Assembly (NCBI GenBank): GCA_039096225.1
Contig: JBBPEB010000015.1
Coordinates: 62,001 to 126,000 of the forward strand
DNA length: 64,000 nt
Direction: 5' to 3'
Origin: Blastocystis sp. Blastoise
Taxonomy: Eukaryota > Protista > Bigyra: Opalinata
Numbering within the stretch: position 1 is the first letter of the stretch; each line of letters opens with the position of its first letter. The notes below the pieces were generated by a model, which did not search any database, had not been told where the DNA came from, and saw only the letters and a program-made list of their open reading frames with translations. The translations under genes were made by a program, and so were the position numbers. Shown one piece after another: positions 40,408-55,300 of this stretch.

Positions 40408-41867
40408 GATTATAATATAAATTCAAACAAGCGGATTGAATAAAAAATGCTATTAAAAGACAGCTATGGTCAATTTTTTGATAAAGGAAGGTGAAAAAAC
40501 CATCTGTTCAGTGATCAAAAATCTATTAGAAATTTTTAATAGAACTCTTTTTATTGACATTATGATTCTTATACAACAATGCTTAGTCACTTTACATCTA
40601 TTCTGTATCTCATTTTTATCTCGTTTTTCTTATCACCTGTTTCGTGGAATTCCTGGCTTTTCCAGAGATTTTTATCATTTTTTTATGAATTTTTTTTTCA
40701 CATAATTCCCAAGAAAAACGATTCTCATGGTAATTCTTCAAAAAGGCGACCATTTTTTGTTCTTTCTCTACTCTATTTACTTTAGAAACGTTTTCTTATT
40801 TTTTATTCCTCCATTGTCAAAAGAAATCATTCATTATCATTCTACTTTATATGCTTACAATGTTTATAAGTCTTTCATTTAATCAAATGGCTTATTTGAA
40901 TAAGAGTCTTCCTCTGATGGGTCTATCACTATTAAGAAATCACTGTTCGTAATGTAAATATCATTGATTTTATCTAAGGATATTGCTTGTCTTCTGAGAA
41001 CTGAGTAAAAACTTGTTTTGCGATTCAATAATGTTCAGCGAGATTGTTTATGAAGTATATTATATGCTTAGAAATCAACGTAATAGGTATATTATCTCCT
41101 AGACTTTTAACTATTAAAAGAGTTGTTCAATAATAGTATTTTATAACAAATTTCACTTTTTTTTTTGAGAAGATCTTTAATTAGTTTCAAGTTTATACTT
41201 TTTTTATCAGGCTTGAAATATCATAAACTCTGATTAGCACTATTATATAAGACATGGACTAGATAATGGTATCATTTCAATTAAATTCTAATTCTTGTGT
41301 ATATTCACTGAATACTATGGATATTTTTAATATTTTTCATGTCATATATGCATTTAAACAAACGCTTTCAATCCATTAGCAAATGATCTTTTGATTGATT
41401 TGACGATTCATTTCAAATAGCATCAATCTGTGACTCCTAAAACTTATGCATATTATGAATATTATATAACTAGTTCTATCAAATAGTATACCTTACCAAC
41501 ATATAATTGTGTTAAAATTATCATAAAGAATCTCATAATTACAAAGAATAGATCTTAGATGTCTTAGTTTAGAATCAAAACATACAAAATACATTTTCTT
41601 TTTAATAAATATCATTTGTATCCAATCTCTACAAGAATATTACTAATGTAAACAATTTCAACGAAGAAAATTTTTGTAAAATTTTGTTTTTATTATTTTA
41701 TTGATGAATTTTGACTATATTTATATTTGGTATATATTTATATATTGTATATAACATATATTATTTTATACACAATAGTTTATCAACACAAATAAGTATT
41801 ATTAAAGAGTATAATCACATCATGAGTAAATATTTCATATAAGAAAGTTGACAAAAAAATTCTATTA

Positions 41868-41949
41868 GACAATTTGTCCGAGTGGTTAAGGAGGTAGACT
41901 AGAAATCTACTGGGCTTTGCCCGCGCAGGTTCGAATCCTGCAGTTGTCG
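41868..41949 (+). tRNA. tRNA-Ser(AGA)
   Basis: 82 nt; acceptor GACAATT/AGTTGTC+G; D arm GTCCGAGTGGTTAAGGAG; anticodon arm GTAGA-CTAGAAA-TCTAC; long variable arm; GGTTCGAATCC; T-run downstream. Confidence 0.97.
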
Positions 41950-42015
41950 AATTTTTCATCTTTTTTATAAATATTAAGAAATTGGCAAGAGAATATATTT
42001 TTTGTTAAATACGTG

Positions 42016-45000
42016 ATGGAAGTCAATACAAATAACGTTATTCAAGCTATTCTAACATTATACGGGAATGTATGCTTTATAAAAATTATATATTATAAAA
42101 AACATAGAACTATTCCAATGATGCAAAAAACGCGGCTGACAATTTTTTAAGAGAAGCAACAAATAATGAGAACATTCTTAGTATTGCGTGCCAACTTATG
42201 TTACAGGATGACTTCCATATTCAATTCATCGCTTTTGATATAATTAACTTGAAAGTAACTCGATAATAGTAATTAGTCATAAAATATATATTCATAGATT
42301 CGTCAAGATTGGCGTCAGTTAACTATAGATGGAATAGCTCCTTTTCGTCAGACTGTTCTTAATATCCTTAATGGTATTATTCACAAAACTGTTAAAGAAC
42401 CTCAACCTGTGATTTTATTGAGACAATGTTTAGCTTTTACTCTTTCATCCATGTTTTCTCTTGACCAATTTAAAGAATGTTTTTCAATTGCATTCCAATG
42501 GATTGAAGAAGGACAAAAATCAAATGATCATTTAGAGCTTTATCTTGGATTCAATTTATTAAACGTATATATATAATATTTAAATTGTTATTGTTGATTT
42601 TCTCTATGTGAGCTATACATAGTAATAAATATATTATTATATAATAATAAATATATATACGATAATACAATATATAATATACAAAACAAATATATTATTA
42701 TATAATAATAATAAATATGCGATAATACAATAAATAATATTCAAAATAAATATATTTTATGCAATATATAATATAAATATTATGTAGACATTATTAGAAG
42801 AAGTGAATTCACCTTATATTCCAGATACACTTCTTGAAGATTACCGTCTCTTTCTATATACAAATAAGAATACTATTCTTTCTTATATATATCAGTCACT
42901 AATTAATCAGAGTATTTATAGTATACTTTATATAATATTAGTATATACTATATATAGTTCCTATTGATATATATGAATATATATATAAATCACTTCTTTC
43001 ATTTTCAAAATTTGGATTAACTTTTGTTGATTTATATCATTATAAACCTCAAACCTCTTCTTCCTCTCTTTTATCTCTTCTCTTAAATTCACTGAATATG
43101 CCTGAAACATTTGTATCTTCTCCTGTTTATATATCTCTCTGTACTCTTCTTTCCTCCCTTACTTCTAAAGTCACTTTCCCTACCCCTGAAGAACTTCCTA
43201 CTATCTATTTAGAACTCTATAAGATGTTAGGTATCCTTGCTATTAAGATAAGACAAGGAATTGAAGATGAAGCTCTTCTTCTTCATATTATTATACTATT
43301 CTGTGATATATGTATATATAGAATATCTTATGTAATCTATTTAAATATATATATATATAGTAGAAGTCAATATAGACCTTCTTTTCAAAGACACACCTGA
43401 TTCCCGTAGTTATGTTGATACTATTCTCTATATATTGACATTATCCCCGCAATCAATTGCTTCTATCCCACTTGACTTAATTCTGGATATTCAAGTATAT
43501 ATATATATATATATTATTGATTATAGTCTATTTCATCATATATAGTTTTTTTTTCTTTATTTATATGTTATTCATTATTCTATATTTTATTATATATATA
43601 TTTAATTAAATATTTATTATATAATAAATTAATATATTTATCATATTTATACATATATATATATCTTTTTCATTATCTATATATACATATATATATAGGA
43701 TTATTCCTTAGAAGAGCGTCCTTCCTTTTTACAATGTGATTTTAATTACAAGTTACTGGATCTCTTCATCCCTCAATTCCAGATCCAAGATCCCCCATAT
43801 CCTGGGGAGTTTGATACTATTAATAATACATTTTCTCTTCCTTCTACCCAATTAACTCTTATACAAGACACAGATCTTCTTAATTTATATCAACCCTTTT
43901 ATTCCGGTATCACTACAACTACTACAGCAGTTCTTGCAGGAATTGAAGAGAAAGAATATAATTGCTTTCGTGTCGGACCTCCTGGATGTGAGGGACTTCT
44001 CGAAAACATTATTTATGAACAAAGAGCTGAAGTCTTTTTATATCTTCTCAATAAAATGAAAACCATTCAAGTATATTATATTATAATTTTTTATTTATAT
44101 ATATATGCTTATATATATATGTTTATATATATGTTATATTTATATGTTTATATAGGATGAAGATCTTGTAGAATCCTATATATATCTCCTTTTTGTTACT
44201 GCAAATAAATTTAAAGAATTCCAAAAATCAATATCTAATCAAGATGTATTTATATATATTCATATTATTATTAAAGTTATATATAAATATAAATATGTCT
44301 ATATCCATAAATATCATAACATATTTTGCTATATTCATTTCTCTACACTTTAATAATACTACAATAATATATAGAGTGAATTGTTAAAGTCTTTTATTAG
44401 TGAATTTATTGAATGTCTCACTCCTCTATCTCAATATAAATCTATATATATCTATAAATATACATGTATTTTATTTGAAAAACTAGCTCCTTTCTTCTCC
44501 ATTCTTAGTATATATATATATTATATATATTGTATTTAATTATTATATTCTATATTAATGTCTATATACTAATATTATCAATAACTATAGAGTTAGATGG
44601 ATCAGTATATGTACCTATATATGTCTATTTATTATCTCCTCCTTGTCCTGTATGTCAAGTATATTCCCTCTATCCTCTTCTCTCTATCTCTCTTCTCTCC
44701 TCTCAAACTATATTGACCACATCCATTCATCAACAACTCGTCTCTATTCTTACTGTATATATTATTATATTATAATATAATATAATATAATATAATAGTA
44801 TATAATAGTATATAATAGCTATTCTTGAGATTTCTTCTATTTTATATAATTATGTATAGTCTCCATCGCCTATATATACTCCCTTCTTCCTTTATAAGCT
44901 TCATTATATATATATTTCTACTCTCTCTACTCTCTCTCCTCAAGAGCAATATACCTATTTAAATACACTTGTTACATCTCTCTACTCGAAGATTCAGAAT

Positions 45001-46579
45001 TATACTGCGTTTTCTAGAGATCATATAGATTACACACTTCTTTTTAATCTCTATTACTGTGTGCCACTTCTCTATGCTTCTTTCATCTATATACAAATAG
45101 GTATATGAATATATATAGTATATAGTATATAATATATTATATATAGAAGAGTATCCACCTCTTCAAGAACTCATTAATTCTATTGTTAACAATATATTCA
45201 CGGTTATTTCTTATTTCATTCAGAATCTTCCTGAAAATATTTCTACATCTTCATTTATATGTATATTCACTTCTTCTCTTGCTCCTCATTGTCCACAACT
45301 ATTCCAACCTTATATACAAACACTAGTATATATATATATATATATATCATTAAGTTTTATTTTATTTATATATTCAGATAACAATATATCTTTATTTTAA
45401 ACTTGAATATATAAATATATAGACTCAATTTTGTGTTCAGTCTTTTACTCAATATTCAAATTTGCTGTCTCTCAAATCCCTCTCTATTCTTGGCGCTAAT
45501 TTTGCCGCTAAATATCCTTCTGAATTCGCTCATATCGTTGAATACCTAACGGAAACCATTAGTCATAATACGAAACTGCTTGAAGAAGGAATCTATATTG
45601 ATACTTTCTATAAGATATCCTATATCTATTATATTGCTATTATTCTTTTATTAATTTAATGCTATTTTTTTAATCTTTTATAAATATAAATATAAATATA
45701 AATATCACCTTAATTAATTACTTCATTCAAGAAATCTTGCCATGTGTTTCAGTATCAGTCACAAATTACTCTATATATATCCTTCTTATTCAAATTGCTC
45801 TTTATTCTTTTGATTTCGCAACATTCACATCTCGTCGAACTATTCTGAAAACTGTTTCAGTTGTGTTGACTTTGGCTGAATCTAAAGTCGAAATCAAACA
45901 AACTTTAGCAGGAGAATTAAATAACATTCTTTCTGTAAGTTCTTATTATTATGTTTATTATGTTTATTATGTTTATTATGTTTATTATTATTTATCTTTT
46001 CCTCTTTTTTTTTCATTCTTAATCTCATTCATGTCTTTATTCTTGTTTTCATTTTCATTCTTATTCATTACTCTATTCTTTTTTTCATTCTTATTCATTA
46101 CTCTCTTCTTGTTTTCATTCTCATTTATCTCTCTCTTCTTCTAGTCCTTCTTAGCTAAAGCCATTTCTAATGATTCTTCTATTGTTCCTATGATGGCTGT
46201 TACTATATTTAATATACTTATATATCTTCTTGACACACCACAAGAACGAACTCAAACGCTTCTTGCACAACCACAAATAAACAACTATTTCCGTGATTAT
46301 TTGAGTAATCTTAATACTATTTTACAAGAGTACATTTCTTTATATATATCTATTTATATTATTTCAATTTTTATATTTCTGTCTCTTCTTATTTATGTAA
46401 TTATTATGTTTATTAATTCATCATATATAAATATATATTTCAATGAATCTATCTTCTATTCTATTTATAGTTCCTTAGAAGCTCCTTCTCAATTATATAA
46501 GTTTAAAGTGATATTCACAGATGTTATTGATATTATTTGTGGACGAAATACTATGGACACACTAGCTTCCTATGTTTAA
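42016..46579 (+). CDS. Importin-beta family karyopherin, importin-13/transportin-3-like, many exons
   Basis: VIQAILTLYG...AKNAADNFL...ACQLM...IQFIAFDIINLK|IRQDWRQL...FRQTVL is an IBN_N/Xpo1-type N-terminus; helical HEAT-like exons continue to TAA 46579. Confidence 0.75.
45615..45721 (+). other. AT-AC U12-type intron (phase 0)
   Basis: 5' ATATCCTAT, branch CACCTTAAT, 3' ATTAC. Joins ...TFYK|FIQEILPC in frame. Confidence 0.85.
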
Positions 46580-47174
46580 CATATATATTATATACTTATA
46601 TATACTTCATATTTTTCCTTATCTTCTTTCCTATAATTTTGGTTTTGTTTTATTCTTCGGGTACATTTTTTTTTGATAAATATATGTATATGTATATATT
46701 CTATTTTACATTTTTTTTTCATTCTATATACTCTTCAAGTAGTTTAATATATGTATACTAAGAAAAAACTAGTTTTTTTTTTTTAGTTTCTTTTCATTCA
46801 TAGATTTCTTTCTCATTAATTAGTATTACGATAAACAATATTCTATCATTATATATTCTTCACTTCCACTGAATCTTTCTCATTTTATTATTCAGTCACC
46901 ATATAATCGGCACTCATTTTAATACTAGGACACTTGGGTCTACTTATAGTTTTATTTAAAAACATTCACAAGTTTATAATTCATGTAAATTACACATAAA
47001 CATTCTATCTAACTGTTAAAACTGTATTTTATTAAAAATGATATTAAAATGACTCCTCAAATCTTTATGTAGTCAGTACAAAAATATATATATAAAACTA
47101 GTGGACTTTTATTAATTGTGTCTATTTATTTTTTTTATTTTAAATAAATTATTTTTTTTTTAATTTTCCAAGAT

Positions 47175-48687
47175 ATGGCTCGTATTAATGGAATAGATTT
47201 TAATAAGGGGATAGCCATTTTAGGAATGCTATTCTTTCATGCTTTTCAAACAGGTATTGCACATAATAATTCTGAACTTACTATTAATTGGGCGTTCAGT
47301 CTTCCACCATTTGTAACTTATGGAATCATTCTACCTCTTGTTTTCATATCACACCTAGGTTCCCTCTTTGTATTTCTAACAGTCATGACAACGACAATTA
47401 GTTTGTTGTCACTCTATAAGAAAAACAAGAAAGCTATTATTTCTTATCTCTTTGGTAGATTAATATTTGCTGTTGCTCTTAAAGCATTAGAGCTATTCTG
47501 GTATTCATTCTTAATTAATTACGACTTCCTTTCAAAAAGAGAATTTGCTTTTCCTTCATTTGAGATTCCTTATGATTCAGGAACATTAGATGCTATAGGT
47601 ATTCTTGGATTTCTCGTTCCTACGTTGGTTTATGGACTCATTTCTATTCCACATATTCATTACTCGTTTCAAATCCTTATCATTATGTGCTTTATTATAT
47701 GTTGGTGGCCTTTCTACCAAATTATTGGAGATAATTGTAATGTATTAAGTAATTGGCTGTCTACTCATGGATTTAACATTCTTGGATTATTTTTCTCAAA
47801 GTGTGGTACTGGATCATTTCAGATAAGTGAAATGCTTCCTTTTGGACTTTTAGGTGCATGTTGGGGTATTTTAATGTTTAATACTAAATCTTGGAAGTAT
47901 TATGCTATTTTTTGTTCTGTTGTTGTTTCTATCTGCGTTGTCATAGGGACTATTCTTATTTTCTTTACTCCTGAATTCATTCAGAAGATAGGTGATGATC
48001 GTAAACCTTTAGGATACCTCTTAGTGATAATGGCATTCCAAAATATCATGCATTTAACGCATTGTTACTTCACTGATGGTCCTCGTACTGATGAGAAGCT
48101 CTTGAAGTCTCGACGACATACAACTTATCTTCGTCGTCTATCTTGTGTCTCTCTTACTGCTTTCGTTATCGACACATATACTGAACTTCAAGTATTAAAA
48201 GTATTTGAAGCTATCTTTGGTCCAGCTGCTGATTATAAATCTAACGCTGTTCTTTGGAATTCTTGGCTTGTCTTAATCTATATGTTTACCTATGCTCTTT
48301 GTTGGATGCTTCTTATTCGTCTTTGGGAAAAAATCAGTTTCCGATGGTCGCTAGAACATCAATTATCTTCAATTATTCAATGGATCTATAATAAACCATA
48401 TAATAAAATGGACTTTAAAAAAGTTATTTATGAACCTATTTGGGAAATTGAACGTAAAAGTCGTATATATATATATTTATTTAATACTTTTATATAATAC
48501 TTAAATCGTCATATATATGTTTATATTACTTTATATAGTAATTTGTATTACTATTTATTCTTTATATATGAATATACTATATATTTCTATAGAACCTAAT
48601 GAAGATACAACTATAATTATTTCACAAAATAATGATGAATATGAATCCATTGCAGAAATTCCTAAAAATACACAAATTGATCATTAA
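47175..48687 (+). CDS. Polytopic membrane protein, HGSNAT/DUF1624-like acyltransferase N-terminus
   Basis: MARINGIDFNKGIAILGMLFFH fits the RxxxIDxxRGxAIxxMxxxH motif; about ten hydrophobic segments; one intron near the 3' end. Confidence 0.75.
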
Positions 48688-49150
48688 ATATTTTATTTAT
48701 TATAATATGTTTCAAATTATTTATATATTAATCTTTCTTTTCATAAGAATTTTGTATTATATTCATAATGAAAAATTAATAGATTATAACAACATGTAAA
48801 TGAAAATGCAAAAAAAAAAAAAAAAGAAGAAAAACTAAACAAATATATTGATTGACTGAATAATTAAACTTACAATAAAAAAAGTATAAATAAATAAAAA
48901 AGAAAACTATGTAAACAAGGAAATATACTGAAATATATATATAGGATGTGAATGTTTTACACAAATAATTAAAATATTGAATGAATATAAGAAATAGATA
49001 AATTTTAGAAGAATGAATATATAATAAAAACACGAAAAATTACATTATTTTTTTAATTCTATTATTATTTGTTTAATTTAAATATATAGTTAAAAACGGA
49101 TATAAAGAGTAGGAATAGATAAATAAAAGAATATTTTATATAGATACAAT

Positions 49151-49502
49151 TTATAATGCTCTTAAGAAATAAGTTTCTCCACAAATACATTCACACTTTT
49201 GTCCAATATCAAAGCATTGACATTTATCTCCTTCTTTCATTCCTCCAGTGACATAGCTAGTTCCACAGAGAACATTGGAGACGTCGAATTCAAGAGAGAG
49301 AGAAGCATTAGGAGATTGAACAATAGTAGAGACAAGAGTATTGGCTGGAAGCATTAAGGTAGAATGAACAGCTGATAAACTGTTTACATATATATATAAT
49401 ATATTCTTATGTTCAGAAGATACTGCAACACGAAGTTTATCATCAGTAGAAATCTATATATATATAAATAATAATAATAATATATAATAATAATAATAAT
49501 AA

Positions 49503-49576
<74 letters not shown>

Positions 49577-51087
49577 TATAATATATAATAATAAAATTAT
49601 GATATATATATATATACAGTATAAACTTTTTCACCATTTTCAAGAATAATTGTTTGATGAGGAACAATAGTAATATCCATGTTGAAAACTAATTCAATAC
49701 GAGGGTTACGAGGGACTTTGGCGCCATTTTCATTGGCGGGAATCGAATGAACAAGAGTTAAAGCACTTGTAGGAGCTATAAGGAAATCAATATAATAATA
49801 TAATATAAATATAATAATATAATATAAATATAATAATATAATAAAATATGTATGTATATATATATAGCATAAGTAAAATCAATGTCATGAATAAATTCAT
49901 TGTTAGCTTCATCAAAGAATTTAACACTTAAAGTAGCAAAAGAAGCCTAAGGAAGAAATAGAAAAATAGAAATAAACTAAGATATAATAATAATAAACAT
50001 AATAATTCAATAAATCTATCTATCTATATACTTGTTCTTGCATGATAGCTTGAACTTCAAAGACACGTTCACTAATAGTGTTGATTTGAATAGATTGAAT
50101 ATTCTTTCTATTAAGAATAACATAATGATCAATATCCTTATCGAAATGTAATTGATAAGTCTTTTCATGTTTATCTACAGGAAGGTAACTGAAATCCTTG
50201 GCATTTAATAACTTGGGAGAAGTAGCATCATAGATAATAGTATGAATAAGACCCTTAGCAAGAGGAAGGCCTTCTTCAGATAATAACTCACGATTTAATA
50301 AAATAGCTACATTAGATTGAGGAGTATTTGGTTTGATTTCAAAAGAATAAGTAGAATCATTGATCTTTTGAATACTACCTTCAGTAATAGAACCGTCTTT
50401 GACAACAAAACTATTTTCTGATAATTGTGTGTTCACATTAGGACCTAAGGTACTCTTAAACATTAAAGTAACATGAATAGTTTCACTATTATAAGTAGAA
50501 GGAGAATAAGAAGCAACAAGACCTTCTTTAGTATTAGAAGCAGGATAAGTATTGATTTCTTTGGAATTTACAGAAACTGATTGACTCCAAGCATTTGTAT
50601 TATATCTAACTTGACATCTATATATATATATATGTAACAATAAGTAAAAACAGAAATAAATAGAAAAACAAAAATATAATAAAAAAAAAAACTTACATAT
50701 CAGAAGATTGACAGATAACAACAAAGTTAATCTTAGGTTTAGTAGGTAAATCAATGGCAAATGTAGATCCAGTCTCTTTTGATTCTTGTCTAGTTCCAAC
50801 AATTTCATTACTATAATTCAAAACATTAAAATAATAATACTAAACAATAATTACAAACAAGATAGAAAAGAAACACATAATATTCATATAAAAAATAGAT
50901 TAGATAAACATATATACCATCCATTAGTACAATCTACAAAATAAAAGCTGACAGGTCCCTTGAAAACCTCAACAGTAGCAGATTCAACTGAACTGACGAA
51001 AGTCAAGAATACAATAGCGCTTATGAAAAAAGTCTTCAAAATCTAAATTCTTAGGATAAAAAAATGCACATAACATACATTAATCAT
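49151..51087 (-). CDS. Secreted protein with bacterial Ig-like-looking domains and a Cys-rich tail
   Basis: Signal peptide MINILKTFFISAIVFLTFVSS; FVVKDGSI...DSTYSFEIKP; YDATSPKL; VHSIPANENGAKVPRNPRIELVFN; tail CQCFDIGQKCECICG. Confidence 0.7.
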
Positions 51088-52310
51088 ATCTCAAAGTAAT
51101 AATATAATAAAATAGTATCTATATTATAAAAATAGAACTATTCTTTCTTCATTTAAAAGACTAGGAAATAACGTCAATTTTCAATCATATTTATCGTATG
51201 GACCTAATTGTATACATTTCTCATACTTCAATCGGGGCTATTTCTTTTTTTATGACCTAATAGATTTCTTTTTTTCTTTTCCTGATTTTTTTGGTTTACT
51301 TTTTATTCAAAACTTCTTTCGTTTACTATTTTTGTATTCATGGTTTTTTTTATATTTTAAAATTATTTAGTTTTTATTTACTATTAAGAATTTATTCATT
51401 AACTACTGATCATTTGAATAGACACATATCACATATATGGATAGATATACTTTATAAATACTAGCATAAACACAATATGTAAATTCCATACTATTAATGA
51501 AAATGCACTTTCTTGTTGAAATGATCCTAAGATGAGCTAAGAAGAACTTCACATTTCGAATTTATCGTCATATGTGTAAAAACATAACATTTTTATATTT
51601 TCATTTCATTATTCTTTATGTTTTTTATCGTTATTATTTTTTTCTTGTATACTCTAACAATCATGATCTTTGAAATTCATAAATATATATTCAACTTGCC
51701 TTATAAAGATTATATAAGCGACATATCGTTCATTCGTTGAGTTATTCTCTTTTATAAGCTCAAACAAACAGAATATTTAGTCAGAAGAAAATATAATGAT
51801 CTCACCATAAAGAAAAGGAAACAAAAACGTTTTTTAGCTTTTATTTATTGTCTTGTGGATCTTGAATAACATAATAATTTACATGAAATCGAGTGTGGAA
51901 GATACTGTGATGATTATCTAAAAGAAAAATACCACAACAAACTGTTTCTAATCAAGAATCACTGGTGTCATTGCAAAAGAAATATCTTTCAACTCTTTAG
52001 AATTAAACATTTTTAAAGTAGAAAAAATAAAATAAGACTCTTTTTGTCCATAGAAACATACAACAGATTCTAAAACGAATAGTAATTATGAATGATGAGC
52101 CTTGATTTTTGTATTCTATGATATACATGATTAAATTTTCTTAGGATTGAAAATGAATTTTGGGGGAACAACAATAGATTTCCGCGAGTATTGGACTTTG
52201 ATACTTAAAAATTTTTGGAACACCACAAAACATTAAGACAACAACTTTAATTCTTTTTAAAGGTGTTGTTACCAATTAGCATAGCTAATTAAGATAGTTT
52301 GTTATTTAGA

Positions 52311-55300
52311 ATGAACTTTACTGCTACGTCACCTTTGGATTCTGACTCACCAGTCATTACGCCTTCTGACTCCGACTCTCCAATCTATGTTCCTCCTAGA
52401 ACTCAGATTAATGAATCGCCTGTCATTACGCCTTCTGACTCCGACTCTCCAATCTATGTTCCTCCTAGAACTCAGATTACTGACTCCCCAGTCATTACCC
52501 CTTCGGACTCTGACTCTCCCATTTATGTATCTCCTGGAAATAAGAGTTCTGACATATTAGGATACAAAGTGGAGAGTAAGAAAGTTACAGGGATGTTGTC
52601 ACCTCTTTCTCTTCCTTACTCTGCTTATGTTCAACCATTAGGAAAAAGTGATTCCACAAGGGAAACGTTATCATCTGCATCGCTACTTCTAGCTTCTTCC
52701 AACAAAGATGATAAGCTAAGCCCCGAGATGATTTCTTCGGTAGATGATCTTCTTCCATCTTGCCTTACGAAGAACTCAGTAATACAGGCTATTCTGAATG
52801 AAAAGAAGACATATGAAGATGGATTTGTAACTATTTTAGGCTTGATTGAGATGCTTTCAAAGAGTTACAATTCGTACTGTTCGTGTATTAACGCTATTCA
52901 ACAGTCTGAAGAAGCCTTAGATGCTGAAATCCCTCCTGAAATGGTTTGTAACGTGAAATTCTTGAAATATAAATATCAAGTCAAAGAGTTCTGCGACCAT
53001 ATTGAAAGAGATGTCAAAAATGTTTTCAGTATAATTGATGAAAAAATAGGTATTTTTATATAGTACTTTTGTCTTTCATATTTTTGTATATCCTCTTTAT
53101 GTTTTCGTTTTTAATTAATTATTTTTTTAAATTATTTCTTTCTTTAGATATCAGAACTATATTGAGCAAAAAAGTCGGTGAAGACTCATTATCTTCACGC
53201 TCAATGGATTCTGATAAAACATCTATTAAGAAAACTATCTTGAAACTCAATCAAGATAAACAATCTCCTCTCGAGATTCCTAGTGTTCCTAGTGTTCCTA
53301 ATACTATTGTTACTAGTATTCCTAGTGTTACCAGTGTTCCTGGTGTTGTAGCTGCCGGTATTCCTGCTGCTACTACTGTTGCTCCTGTTACAGCTGTTCC
53401 TACTGCTACTGATACTGCTGTTCCTACTGCTACTGATACTGCTGTTCCTACTGCTGTTCTTGCTACAGCTGTTCCTACTGCTACTGCTACTGCTACGGCT
53501 ACTGCTACTACTGATATTATTCCTGTTAGTGATGTAATTTCTACTACAGTTATTCCTACTCCTTCTGATGCTATTATTCCTGCGCCTTCTCCTTCTTCTT
53601 CTTCTTCTCCTATTGTTGTTTCCAGTAGTGATACTACCACTACATTACCTGGAGAAGTTATTTCTCTAGATGAATATAATAAAGATTTTGATTTAGAAAG
53701 TCAAATTCTACAAGATATTATTAATGCAGTTAATAAATGTTTAGATAGTAATTTAAATATCAATCTTAAAACTATTGATAACACTATTAGTGCTATACAT
53801 AATAATGATAATGATAATACAGAATCTGCAGATGTTTCAAATACCGTAGATCCATCGAAATCATTGATTCCGTCTAATAAAACTGATTTAAATACATTAA
53901 CAGAATCATCTATGAAATGTGTAAATCATAGTGATAATACTTTAGATAATAATACATCTGCTATGAATGACACACAATCTAACATAGACATATCTCCTTC
54001 TTCTAAGGATTCTTTATGTAATGTCAATCTTATAAAGTCTTTAGAGACTACTATTAATATAAATAAACCTAGTAGTACTGTTATACCTCAACAAGAGAAC
54101 TTTATAGCAATTACTTCTCCTATTGAGTCTATAACAAATATTACTAAGGATACTCCTGCTTCAAGCTCTGTTTTAACGAATGCTACTGTTAAACAACTTT
54201 TAACTTCAAATGGATTGAATGAATCTGATTTGAATGAATTTGAAAGCAATAATACTGATGGCAAACAAATCTCGAAATTAAAGTCTATTATTTTTTCTTT
54301 ACAAGAAAAATTGAATACAATCACTGAACAAAAGATTCAATTAACTGAAGAATTTGCTAAGTATACAAGTCGTCAAAAGACTATTGATGATATACCTATG
54401 GATCGAGATGATAGTTATGAAGTAAAGGCATCAGATCTTAGTAATTATTGTTTTGAATCTATTTATGCTCCTTTTAGTGGAGATAGTCAATTGAAAGTTC
54501 GTGTAGTTGATTTTGATATGTATGCAAAGATTCGAATGGAACGTAATAAACTTACTGAACAACTTAAACAACTCTCTCTTCAATATGATACATTGAAGTC
54601 TGATTATATACTGAAAATGAATCAGTCTCTTGATGAGTTACCTATTCTATCAGTTCCTCTTCCAGATACGTATGTTCTTACAGAACATAGTAAGTATCTC
54701 CAATCTCAACTTGAGAGTATGTCTAGACAACTTGAAGAATATGAATATATCTCGAAACTTAATCAAATGGCTCAGAAGAATTCTGCTTTATGGAAAGCTT
54801 ATGATCACAGTATTGATAAACACATTTTTGAAACACTTCATCTATGTCCTGTCGATATAGAGAAAACTCAAAATGTTAAATCAAACCAAATTCCAGGAAC
54901 AGCTATCATGTCAAATAATAACCTTAGTAAGACAACTAGTTATATTAATAATAAGTCTACTACAACTATGAATAATAATAATTCAAAGAATACTTTAAAT
55001 ACTACAAAGAATACTCCATTCAGTATTGTTTCTTCTTCATATAATCAGAAGGATGAATTGTCCTCAAATATGACTAGTAATAATAATGATAATACTAATA
55101 ATAATGTTACTACTAGTAGTGTTACTGGTGTTGCTAATACTACTACTACTACTACTAATAATAATAATAATAATACTACAACTACTACTACTAATAGTAG
55201 TTCTATTCCTCCTCCTTTAGAAGAGAAATCTACTGCTTCTTTAATTCATAATGCTGAACATTCTGTTGGTTATTATGTCAAACAAAAAGATAATGATGAA

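Noticed and set aside
40860-41600. Intergenic stretch with TGATG/CTGA motifs (possible C/D snoRNA)
   Set aside because: No convincing box C/D pairing, terminal stem or rRNA complement could be established by eye.
43231-43238. GTATCCTT, a perfect U12 donor match
   Set aside because: Lies in an in-frame exon (MLGILAIK); no intron is needed.
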